NCBI GenBank assembly: GCA_964016885.1
Contig: OZ024744.1
Location: 129,580,001-129,644,000 of the forward strand
Direction: 5' to 3'
From: Eledone cirrhosa
Taxonomy: Eukaryota
DNA: 64,000 bases
Shown here: positions 10,896-22,293 of the stretch, in pieces
Position numbering within the stretch: position 1 is the stretch's first letter
How the letters are laid out: each line of letters starts with the position of its first letter
Notes under the pieces: model-generated
Database searches by the model: none
Told to the model about the DNA's origin: nothing
What the model saw: only the letters and a program-made list of their open reading frames with translations
Program-made: the position numbers and the translations under genes

Positions 10896-13800
10896 GTTGA
10901 GTTTAAGTTAAGTTGGGATTAAGTTAAGTTGGGGTTAAGTTAAGTTGGGGTTAAGTTAAGTTGAGGTTAAGTTAAGTTGGGGTTAAATTAAGTTGGGGTT
11001 AAGTTAAGTTGGGGTTAAGTTAAGTTGGGGTTAGGTTAAGTTGGGTTTAAGTTAAGTTGGGGATAAGTTAAGTTGGGGTTAAGTTAAGTTGGGTTTAAGT
11101 TAAGTTGGGGTTAAGTTAAGTTGGGGTTTAATTAAGTTGGGGTTGAGTTAAGTTGGGGTTGAGTTAAGTTGGGGTTAAGTTAAGTTGGGGTTAATTTAAG
11201 TTGGGGTTAAGTTAAGTTGCGGGTAATTTAAGTTGGGGTTAAGTTAAGTTGGGGTTAAGTTAAGTTGGGGTTAAGTTAAGTTGGAGTTAAGTTAAGTTGG
11301 GGGTAAGTTAAGTTGGGGTTAAGATAAGTTGGGGTTAAGTTAAGTTGGGGTTGAGCTAAGTTGGGGTTGAGTTAATTTGGGGTTAAGTTAAGTTGGGGTT
11401 AAGTTAAGTTGGGTTTAAGTTAAGTTGGGGTTAAGTTAAGTTGGGGTTAAATTAAGTTGGGGTTAAGCTAAGTTGGGGTTAAGTTAAATTGAGGTTAAGT
11501 TAAGTTGGGGTTAATTTAAGTTGGGGTTAAGCTAAGTTGGGGTTAAGTTAAATTGAGGTTAAGTTAAGTTGGGGTTAAGTTAAGTTGGGGTTAATTTAAG
11601 TTGGGGCTAAGTAAAGTTAAGTGGGGGTTAAGTTAAGTTGGGGGTAAGTTACGTTAGGGCTAAGTTACGATGGGGTTAACTTAACCCCAACTTAACTTAA
11701 CCCCAACTTAACTTAGACCCAACTTAAATGAGCCCCAACTTAACTTAACCCCAACGTAACTTAGCCCTAACGTAACTTACCCCCAACTTAACTTAACACC
11801 AACTTAACTTAACCCCAACTTAACTTAACCCCAACTTAACTTACCCCCAACTTAACTTACCCCCAACTTAACTTACCCCCAACTTAACTTAACCCCAACT
11901 TAACTTACTTAACCCCAACTTAAGTTAAGTTTGGGTTAAGGTTGGGGTTAAATTAAGTTGGGGTTAAGTTAAGTTGGGGTTAAGTTAAGTTGGGGTTAAG
12001 TTAAGTTGGGGTTAAGTTAAGTTCGGGTTAAGTTAAGTTGGTGTTAAGTTAAGTTGGGGCTGAGTTAAGTTGGGGCTAAGTTAAGTTGGATCTAAGTTAA
12101 GTTGGGGTTAAGTTAAGTTGGGGTTAAGTTAAGTTGGTGTTAAATTAAGTTGGGGTTAAATTAAGTTGGTGTTAAGTTAAGTTGGGGTTAAGTTAAGTTG
12201 GGGTTAATTAAGTTGGGGTTAAGTTAAGTTGGGGTTAAGTTAATTGGGGTTAAATTAAGTTAGGGTTGAGTTAAGTTGGGGTTAAGTTAAGTTGGGGTTA
12301 TATTAAGTTGGGGTTAAGTTAAGTTGGGGTTAAGTAAAGTTGGGGTTCAGTTAAGTTGCGGTTAAGTTAAGTTGGGGTTAGGTTAAGTTAGGCTTAACTT
12401 AAGTTGGGGTTAAGTTAAGTTGGGGGTGAGTTAAGTTGGGGGTAAGTTAAGTTGGGGTTAAGTTAAGTTGGGGTTAAGTTGGGGTTAAGTTAATTTAGGG
12501 TTAAGTTAAGTTGGGGTTGAGTTAAGTTGGGGTTAACTTAAGTGGTGGTTATGTTAAGTTGGGGTTAAGTTAAGTTGGGGTTAATTTAAATTGGGGTTAA
12601 TTTAACTTTGTGGTTAAGTTAATTTGGGGTTAATTTAAGTTGGGGTTAAGTTAAGTTGGGGTTAATTTAATTTGTGGTTAAGTTAAGTTGGGGTTAAGTT
12701 AAATTGGGGTTGAGTTAAGCTGGGGTTAAGTTAAGTTGGGGTTAAAATAAGTTGGGGTTAAGTTAAGTTGGGGTTGAGTTAAGTTGGGGTTGAGTTAATT
12801 TGGGGTTAAGTTAAGTTGGGGTTAACTTAAGTTGGGTTTAATTTAAGTTGGGGTTAAGTTAAGTTGGGGTTATAATTAAGTTGGGGTTAAGTTAAGTTGG
12901 GGGTAAGATAAGTTGGTGTTAGTTAAGTTGCGGTTAAGTTAAGTTGGGGTTAAGTTAAGTTGGGGTTAAGTTAAGTTGGGGTTAAGTTAAGTTGGGGTTA
13001 ATTTAAGTTGGGGTTAATTTAAGTTGGGGTAAAGTTAAGTTGGGGGTAAGTTAAGTTGGGGTTAAGTTAAGTTGGGGTTAAGTTGGGGTTAAGTTGGGGT
13101 TAAGTTAAGTTAGGGTTAACTTAAGTTCGGGTTGTGTTAAGTGGTGGTTATGTTAAGTGGTGGTTATGTTAAGTTGGGGTTAAGTTAAGTTGGGGTTAAT
13201 TTAAATTGGGGTTAATTTAACTTTGTGGTTAAGTTAATTTGGGGTTAATTTAAGTTGGGGTTAAGTTAAGTTGGGGTTAATTTAATTTGTGGTTAAGTTA
13301 AGTTGGAGTTAAGTTAAGTTGGGGTTGAATTAAGCTGGGGTTAAGTTAAGTTGGGGTTAAAATAAGTTCGGGTTAAGTTAAGTTGGGGTTGAGTTAAGTT
13401 GGGGTTGAGTTAATTTGGGGTTAAGTTAAGTTGGGGTTAACTTAAGTTGGGTTTAATTTAAGTTGGGGTTAAGTTAAGTTGGGGTTATAATTAAGTTGGG
13501 GTTAAGTTAAGTTGGGGGTAAGATAAGTTGGGGTTAGTTAAGTTGCGGTTAAGTTAAGTTGGGGTTAAGTTAAGTTGGGGTTAAGTTAAGTTGGGGTTAA
13601 GTTAAGTTGGGGTTAATTTAAGTTGGGGTTAATTTAAGTTGGGGTAAAGTTAAGTTGGGGGTAAGTTAAGTTGGGGTTAAGTTAAGTTGGGGTTAAGTTG
13701 GGGTTAAGTTAAGTTAGGGTTAACTTAAGTTCGGGTTGTGTTAAGTGGTGGTTATGTTAAGTGGTGGTTATGTTAAGTTGGGGTTAAGTTAAGTTGGGGT

Positions 13801-16800
13801 TAAGTTAAATTGGGGTTAAGTTAAGTTGCGGTTAAGTTAAGTTGGGGTTAAGTTAAGTTGGGGTTAAGTTAATTAGGGTTAAGTTATGTTGGGGTTAAGT
13901 TAAGTTGGGGTTAAGTTAAGTTGGGGTTAAGTTAATTTGTGGTTAAGTTAAGTTGGGGTTAAGTTAAGTTGGGGTTAAGTTAAGTTGGGGATAAGTTAAG
14001 TTGAGGATAAGCTAAGTTGGGGTTAATTAAGTTGGGTTTAAGTTAAGTTGGGGTTAAGTTAAGTTGGGGTTAAGTTAAGTTGGGGTTAAGTTAAGTTGGT
14101 TAGTTAAGTTGAGTTTAAGTTAAGTTGGGGTTAATTTAAGTTGGGGTTAAGTTAAGTTGGGGTTAAGTTAAGTTGGGGTTAAGTTAAGTTGGGGTTCAGT
14201 TAAGTTGGGGTTAAGTTAAGTTGGGGTTAAGTTGGGGTAAAATTAAGTAGGGGTTAAGTTAAGTTGCGGTTAAGTTAAGTTGAGGTTAAGTTAAGTTGGG
14301 GTTAAGTTAAGTTGGGGTTAAGTTAAGTTGGGGCTAAGTTAAGTTGGGGTTAAGTTAAGTTGGGGTTAAGTTAAGTTGGGGTTAAGTTAAGTTGGGGTTA
14401 AGTTAAGTTGCGGTTAAGTTAAGTTGATGTTAAGTTAAGTTGGGGTTAATTTAAGTTGGGGTTAAGTTAAGTTGGGGCTAAGTTAAGTTGGAGCTAAGTT
14501 AAGTTGGGGCTAAGTTAAGTTGGGGTTAAGTTAAGTTGGGGTTAAGTTAAGGTGGGGTTAAGTTAAGTTGGGGTCAACTTAAGTTGGGGTTAAGTTAAGT
14601 TGGGGTTAACTTAAGTTGGGGTTAAGTTAAGTTGGGGTTAAGTTAAGTTGGGGTTAAGTTAAGTTGGGGTTACGTTAAGTTGGGGGTAAGTTAAGTTGGT
14701 GGTAAGTTAAGTTGGGGGTAAGTTAAGATGGGGTTAAGTTAGGGTTAAGTTAAGTTAGGGTTAAGTTAATTTGGGGTTGAGTTAAGTTGGGGTTAAGTTA
14801 AGTGGTGGTTATGTTAAGTTGGGGTTAAGTTAAGTTGGGGTTAATTTAAATTGGCGTTAATTTAAATTTGTTGTTAAGTTAAGTTGGGGTTAATTTAAGT
14901 TGGGGTTAAGTTAAGTTGGGGTTGAGTGAAGTTGGGGTTAAGTTAAGTTGGGGTTAAGTTAAGTTGGGGTTGAGTTAAGTTGGGGTTAATTTAAGTTGGG
15001 GCTAAGTTAATTTGGGGTTCAGTTAAGTTGGGGTTAAATTAAGTTGGGGTTAAGTTAAGTTGGGGTTAAATTAAGTTGGGGTTAAGTTAAGTTGGGGTTA
15101 AGTTAAGTTGGGGTTAAGTTAATTTGGGGTTAAGTGAAGTTAGGGTTAAGTTAAGTTGGGGTTGAGTTAAGTTGGGGGTAAGTTAGGTTGGGGTTATGTT
15201 AAGTTGGGGTTACGTTAAGTTGGGTTTAAGTTAAGTTGGGGTTAAGTTAAGTTGGGGTTAAGTTAAGTTGGGGTTAATTTAAGTTGGGGTTAAGTTAAGT
15301 TGGGATTAATTTAAGTTGGGGTTAAGTTAAGTTGGGGTTAAGTTAAGTTGGGGTTAAATTAAGTTGGGGTTAAGTTAAGTTGGGGTTAAGTTAAGTTGGG
15401 GTTAAGTTAATTTGGGGTTAAGTTAAGTTAGGGTTAAGTTAAGTTGGGGTTGAGTTAAGTTGGGGGTAAGTTAAGTTGGGGTTAAGTTAAGTTGGGGTTA
15501 AGTTAAGTTGGGGTTAAGTTAAGTTAGGCTTAACTTAAGTTGGGGTTAAGTTAAGTTGGGGGTGAGTTAAGTTGGGGGTAAGTTAAGTTGGGGTTAAGTT
15601 AAGTTGGGGTTAAGTTGGGGTTAAGTTAAGTTAGGGTTAAGTTAATTTGGGGTTGAGTTAAGTTGGGGTTAAGTTAAGTGGTGGTTATGTTAAGTTGGGG
15701 TTAAGTTAAGTTGGGGTTAATTTAAATTGGGGTTAATTTAAATTTGTTGTTAAGTTAAGTTGGGGTTAATTTAAGTTGGGGTTAAGTTAAGTTGGGGTTG
15801 AGTTAAGTTGGGGTTAAATTAAGTTGGGGTTAAGTTAAGTTGGGTTGAGTTAAGTTGGGGTTAATTTAAGTTAAGGCTAAGTTAATTTGGGGTTAAGTTA
15901 AGTTGGGGTTAAATTAAGTTGGGGTTAAGTTAAGTTGGGGTTAAGTTAAGTTGGGGTTAAGTTAATTTGGGGTTAAGTGAAGTTAGGGTTAAGTTAAGTT
16001 GGGGCTGAGTTAAGTTGGGGGTAAGTTAAGTTGGGGTTATGTTAAGTTGGGGTTAAGTTAAGTTGGGGTTAAGTTAAGTTGGGGTTCAGTTAAGTTGCGG
16101 TTAAGTTAAGTTGGGGTTAAGTTAAGTTGGGGTTAAGTTAAGTTGGGGTTAATTTAAGTTGGGGTTAAGTTAAGTTGGGGTTAAGTTAATTTGTGGTTAA
16201 GTTAAGTTGGGGTTAAGTTAAGTTGGGGTTAAATTCAGTCGGGGTTAAGTTAAGTCGGGGTTAAGTTATGTTGGGGTTAAGTTAAGTTGGGGTTAAGTTA
16301 AGTTGGGGTTGAGTTAAGTTGGGGTTAAGTTAAGTTGGGGTTAAGTAAAGTTGGGGTTCAGTTAAGTTGCGGTTAAGTTAAGTTGGGGTTAAGTTAAGTT
16401 AGGCTTAACTTAAGTTGGGGTTAAGTTAAGTTGGGGGTGAGTTAAGTTGGGGGTAAGTTAAGTTGGGGTTAAGTTAAGTTGGGGTTAAGTTGGGGTTAAG
16501 TTAATTTAGGGTTAAGTTAAGTTGGGGTTGAGTTAAGTTGGGGTTAAGTTAAGTGGTGGTTATGTTAAGTTGGGGTTAAGTTAAGTTGGGGTTAATTTAA
16601 ATTGGGGTTAATTTAACTTTGTGGTTAAGTTAATTTGGGGTTAATTTAAGTTGGGGTTAAGTTAAGTTGGGGTTAATTTAATTTGTGGTTAAGTTAAGTT
16701 GGGGTTAAGTTAAGTTGGGGTTGAGTTAAGCTGGGGTTAAGTTAAGTTGGGGTTAAAATAAGTTGGGGTTAAGTTAAGTTGGGGTTGAGTTAAGTTGGGG

Positions 16801-17456
16801 TTGAGTTAATTTGGGGTTAAGTTAAGTTGGGGTTAACTTAAGTTGGGTTTAATTTAAGTTGGGGTTAAGTTAAGTTGGGGTTATAATTAAGTTGGGGTTA
16901 AGTTAAGTTGGGGGTAAGATAAGTTGGGGTTAGTTAAGTTGCGGTTAAGTTAAGTTGGGGTTAAGTTAAGTTGGGGTTAAGTTAAGTTGGGGTTAAGTTA
17001 AGTTGGGGTTAATTTAAGTTGGGGTTAATTTAAGTTGGGGTAAAGTTAAGTTGGGGGTAAGTTAAGTTGGGGTTAAGTTAAGTTGGGGTTAAGTTGGGGT
17101 TAAGTTAAGTTGGGGTTAAGTTAAGTTGGGTTTAAGTTAAGTTGGGGCTAAGTTAAGTTGGGGTTAAGTTAAGTTGGGGTTAAGTTAAGTTGGGGTTAAG
17201 TTAGGTTGGTGTTAAGTTAAGTTGGGGGTAAGTTAAGTTGGGGGTAAGTTAAGTTGGTGTTAAGTTAAGTTGGGGTTAAGTTAAGTTGGGGTTAAGTTAA
17301 GTTGGGTTTAAGTTAAGTTGGGTCTAAGTTAAGTTGGGGTTAAGTTAAGTTGGGGTTAAGTTAAGTTGGGGTTAAGTTAAGTTGGGGTTAAGTGAAGTTG
17401 GGGTTAACTTAAGTTGGGGGTAAGTTAAGTTGGGTTTGAGTTAAGTTGGGGTTAAG
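10896..17456 (+). repeat. 16-bp satellite array segment 2 (contains the inverted tract at 11676-11923)
   Basis: Same 16-bp consensus resumes directly after ATAATCAA. Confidence 0.97.
11676..11923 (-). repeat. Inverted satellite tract 1, (CCCCAACTTAACTTAA)n, ~15 monomers
   Basis: Strand switch at GGGGTTAACTTAACCCC and return at CCCCAACTTAAGTTAAG. Confidence 0.97.
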
Positions 17457-19513
17457 TTAGGTTTTTCGAAACACCTTATATAATCAATTTTTTTATGTTT
17501 TTCGAAAAACCTTATATAATCATTTTTTTTATACTTTTAGAAATATTTATATCTGATTTCAAATATTTATTTTTTTAGGTTTTTCGAAAACCTTATATAA
17601 TCAATTTTTTTTAGGTTTTTCGAAAAATGTTATATAATCAATTTTTTTTAGGTTTTTCGAAAAACCTTATATAATCAATTTTTTTTTAGGTTTTTCGAAA
17701 CACCTTATATAATCAATTTTTTTTAGGTTTTTCGAAAAACCTTATATAATTAATTTTTTTATACTTTTAGAAATATTTATATCTGATTTCAAATATTGAT
17801 TTTTTTTAGGTTTTTCGAAAAACCTTATATAATCAATTTTTTTTAGGTTTTTCGAAAAACCTTATATAATCAATTTTTTTAGGTTTTTCGTAAAACCTTA
17901 TATAATCAATTTTTTTAGGTTTTTCGAAAAACCTTATATAATCAATTTTTTTTAGGTTTTTCGAGATACCTTATATAATTAATTTTTTTTAGGTTTTTCG
18001 AAAAATCTTATATAATTAATTTATATCTGATTTCAAATATTGATTTTTTTAGGTTTTTCGAAAACCTTATATAATCAATTTTTTTTAGGTTTTTCGAAAA
18101 AGAATGAATTCATATTCGAAATATATACTTCTGCATTAATCTTTTTACGTTTTTCTGATTTTTTGCATGTTTTGAAATTTAAAAAAAACGTAAAAAATTA
18201 ATGCTTTTACAAATATTTTGAAATATTTACTTTCTGGTTTCAAAGTTTGCAAATTAAATTTTTTTCGAAAAACCTAAAAAAATCAGTTTTTGAGATCAGA
18301 AGTTAATATTTCGAAAAACGCAATTTGAAAAACTCATATTAATTTTTTTTCGAATGAAGTTTTTTATACTTTTAGAAATATTTATATCTGATTTCAAATA
18401 TTGATTTTTTTAGGTTTTTCGAAAAATCTTATATAATCAATTTTTTTTAGGTTTTTCGAAAAAGAATGAATTTGAGTTCATAGTCGAAATATATACCAGA
18501 AAATCTTTGATTTTTTGCATGTTTTGAAATTTAAAAAAAACGTAAAAAATTAATATTTCGAAAAACGCAATTTGAAAAACTCATATTAATTTTTTTTCGA
18601 ATGAATTCTTTTATACTTTTAGAAATATTTATATCTGATTTTAAATATTGATTTTTTTAGGTTTACCTTATATAATCAAATTTTTTTAGGTTTTTCGAAA
18701 AAGAATTTGAGTTCATAGTCGAAATATATACTTCTGCATTAATCTTTTTACGTTTTTCTGATTTTTTGCATGTTTTGAAATTTAAAAAAAACGTAAAAAA
18801 TTAATGCTTTTACAAATATTTTGAAATATTTACTTTCTGGTTTCAAATTTTGCAAATTAAATTTTTTTCGAAAAACCTAAAAAAATCAGTTTTCGAAATC
18901 AGAAGTTAATATTTCGAAAAACGCAATTTAAAAAACTCATATTAATTTTTTTTCGAATGAATTCTTTTAGAAATATTTATATCTGATTTCAAATATTGAT
19001 TTTTTTAGGTTTACCTTATATAATCAAATTTTTTTAGGTTTTTCAAAAACCTTATATAATCAATTTTTTTTAGGTTTTTCGAAAAACCTTACATAATCAA
19101 TTTTTTTTAGGTTTTTCAAAATACCTTATATAATCAATTTTTTTAGGTTTTTCGAAGGACCTTATATAATCAATTTTTTTTTAGGTTTTTTCGAAAAACC
19201 TTATATAATCAATTTTTTACGTTTTTAGAAAAACCTTATATAATCAATTTTTTTTATACTTATATAGAAATATTTATATCTGATTTTTTATACTTATATA
19301 GAAATATTTATATCTGATTTCAAATATTGATTTTTTTTTAGATTTTTCGAAATACCTTATATAATCAATTTTTCTAGGTGTTTCGAAAAACCTTATATAA
19401 TCAATTTTTTTTAGGTTTTTCGAAAGACCTTATATAATCAATTTTTTTTAGGTTTTTCGAAAAACCTTATATAATCAATTTTTTTAGGTTTTTCGACAAC
19501 CTTATATAATCAA
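17457..19513. repeat. AT-rich island 2: paralogue of island 1 with 3 inverted-repeat units (~18093-18354, 18455-18601, 18694-18957)
   Basis: Same monomer variants in the same order as island 1 (GAAACACC, AAAATGTTATA, TCGTAAAA, TCGAAGGACC, TCGACAACC) and the same junction sequences. Confidence 0.95.
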
Positions 19514-22060
19514 GTTGAGTTTAAGTTAAGTTGGGATTAAGTTAAGTTGGGGTTAAGTTAAGTTGGGGTTAAGTTAAGTTGAGGTTAAGTTAAGTTGGGG
19601 TTAAATTAAGTTGGGGTTAAGTTAAGTTGGGGTTAAGTTAAGTTGGGGTTAGGTTAAGTTGGGTTTAAGTTAAGTTGGGGATAAGTTAAGTTGGGGTTAA
19701 GTTAAGTTGGGTTTAAGTTAAGTTGGGGTTAAGTTAAGTTGGGGTTTAATTAAGTTGGGGTTGAGTTAAGTTGGGGTTGAGTTAAGTTGGGGTTGAGTTA
19801 AGTTGGGGTTAAGTTAAGTTGGGGTTAAGTTAAGTTGGGGTTAATTTAAGTTGGGGTTAAGTTAAGTTGCGGGTAATTTAAGTTGGGGTTAAGTTAAGTT
19901 GGGGTAAAGTTAAGTTGGGGTTAAGTTAAGTTGGAGTTAAGTTAAGTTGGGGGTAAGTTAAGTTGGGGTTAAGATAAGTTGGGGTTAAGTTAAGTTGGGG
20001 TTGAGCTAAGTTGGGGTTGAGTTAATTTGGGGTTAAGTTAAGTTGGGGTTAAGTTAAGTTGGGTTTAAGTTAAGTTGGGGTTAAGTTAAGTTGGGGTTAA
20101 ATTAAGTTGGGGTTAAGCTAAGTTGGGGTTAAGTTAAATTGAGGTTAAGTTAAGTTGGGGTTAATTTAAGTTGGGGTTAAGCTAAGTTGGGGTTAAGTTA
20201 AATTGAGGTTAACTTAAGTTGGGGTTAAGTTAAGTTGGGGTTAATTTAAGTTGGGGCTAAGTAAAGTTAAGTGGGGGTTAAGTTAAGTTAGGGTTGAGTT
20301 AAGTTGGGGTTAAGTTAACTTTGGGTTAAGTTAAGTTGGGTTTGAGTTAAGTTGGGGTTAATTAAGTTGGGGTTAAGTTAAGTTGGGGTTAAGTTAAGTT
20401 GGGGTTAAGTTAAGTTGCGGTTAAGTTAAGTTGAGGTTAAGTTAAGTTGGGGTTAAGTTAAGTTGGGGTTAAGTTAAGTTGGGGCTAAGTTAAGTTGGGG
20501 CTAAGTTAAGTTGGGGCTTAGTTAAGTTGGGGTTAAGTTAAGTTGGGGTTAAGTTAAGGTGGGGTTTAGTTAAGTTGGGGTCAACTAAAGTTGGGGTTAA
20601 GTTAAGTTGAGGTTCACTTAAGTTGGGGTTAAGTTAAGTTGGGGTTAAGTTAAGTTGGGGTTTATTTAAGTTGGGGTTCAGTTAATTTGGGGTTAAGTTA
20701 AGTTTGGGTTAAGTTGGGGTTAAATTAAGTTGGGGTTAAGTTAAGTTGGGGTTAAGTTAAGTTGGGGTTAATTTAAGTTGGGGTTAAGTTAAGTTCCGGG
20801 TAATTTAAGTTGGGGTTAAATTAAGTTGGGGTTAAGTTAAGTTGGGGTTAAGTTAAGTTGGGGATAAGTTAAGTTGGGGGTAAGTTAAGTTGGGGGTAAG
20901 TTAAGTTGGGTTTAAGTTAAGTTGGGGTTAAGTTAAGTTGGGGTTAAGTTAAGTTAGGGTTAAGTTAAGTTGGGGTTGAGTTAAGTTGGGGTTAAGTTAA
21001 GTTGGGGTTATGTTAAGTTGGGGTTAAGTTAAATTGGGGTTAATTTAACTTTGTGGTTAAGTTAAGTTGGGGTTAATTTAAGTTGGGGTTAAGTTAAGTT
21101 GGGGTTAAGTTAAGTTGGGGTTAAGTTAAGTTGGGGTTAAGTTAAGTTGCGGTTCAGTTAAGTTGAGGTTAAGTTAAGTTGGGGTTAAGTTAAGTTGGGG
21201 TTAAGTTAAGTTGGGGCTAAGTTAAGTTGGGGCTAAGTTAAGTTGGGGCTTAGTTAAGTTGGGGTTAAGTTAAGTTGGGGTTAAGTTAAGGTGGGGTTTA
21301 GTTAAGTTGGGGTCAACTAAAGTTGGGGTTAAGTTAAGTTGGGGTTCACTTAAGTTGGGGTTAAGTTAAGTTGGGGTTAAGTTAAGTTGGGGTTTATTTA
21401 AGTTGGGGTTCAGTTAATTTGGGGTTAAATTAAGTTTGGGTTAAGGTTGGGGTTAAATTAAGTTGGGGTTAAGTTAAGTTGGGGTTAAGTTAAGTTGGGG
21501 TTAAGTTAAGTTGGGGTTAAGTTAAGTTGGGGGTAAGTTAAGTTGGGGTTAAGTTAAGTTGGGGTTAAGTTAAGTTGGGGTTAAGTTAAGTTAGGGTTAA
21601 GTTAAGTTGGGGTTGAGTTAAGTTGGGGTTAAGTTAAGTTGGGGTTATGTTAAGTTGGGGTTAAGTTAAGTTGGGGTTAAGTTAATTTGTGGTTAAGTTA
21701 AGTTGGGGTTAAGTTAAGTTGGGGTTAAGTTAAGTTGGGGTTGAGTTAAGTAGGGGTTGAGTTAATTTGGGGTTAAGTTAAGTTGGGGTTAAGTTAAGTT
21801 GGGTTTAAGTTAAGTTGGGGTCAAATTAAGTTGGGGTTAAATTAAGTTGGGGTTAAGTTAAGTTGGGGGTAAGTTAAGTTGGGGGCAAGTTAAGTTGGGG
21901 TTAAGTTAAGTTGGGGTTAAGTTAAGTTGGGGTTAATTTAAGTTGGGGTTATGTTAAGTTGGGGTTAAGTTAAGTTGGGGTTAAGTTAAGTTGGGGTTAA
22001 GTTAAGTTGGTGTCAAGTTAAGTTGGGGGTAAGTTACGTTAGGGCTAAGTTACGTTGGGG

Positions 22061-22293
22061 TTAACTTAACCCCAACTTAACTTAGACCCAACTTAACTGA
22101 GCCCCAACTTAACTTAACCCCAACGTAACTTAGCCCTAACGTAACTTACCCCCAACTTAACTTAACACCAACTTAACTTAACCCCAACTTAACTTAACCC
22201 CAACTTAACTTACCCCCAACTTAACTTACCCCCAACTTAACTTACCCCCAACTTAACTTAACCCCAACTTAACTTAACTTAACCCCAACTTAA
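22061..22293 (-). repeat. Inverted satellite tract 2 (paralogue of tract 1)
   Basis: Same junctions and internal variants (TTAGACCC, GAGCCCC, AACGTAACTTAGCCCTAACGTAAC); one monomer shorter than tract 1. Confidence 0.97.

Noticed and set aside
11676-11690. Telomere-telomere fusion point (G-strand to C-strand switch)
   Set aside because: The C-rich tract is only ~240 bp, reverts to the original orientation and mirrors adjacent upstream variants, which fits a local fold-back better
11676-11923. piggyBac-type insertion or TTAA-bounded IES/invertible element
   Set aside because: TTAA is present twice in every monomer and is the natural palindromic microhomology for a strand switch; there are no terminal inverted repeats or transposase, and the content is satellite only
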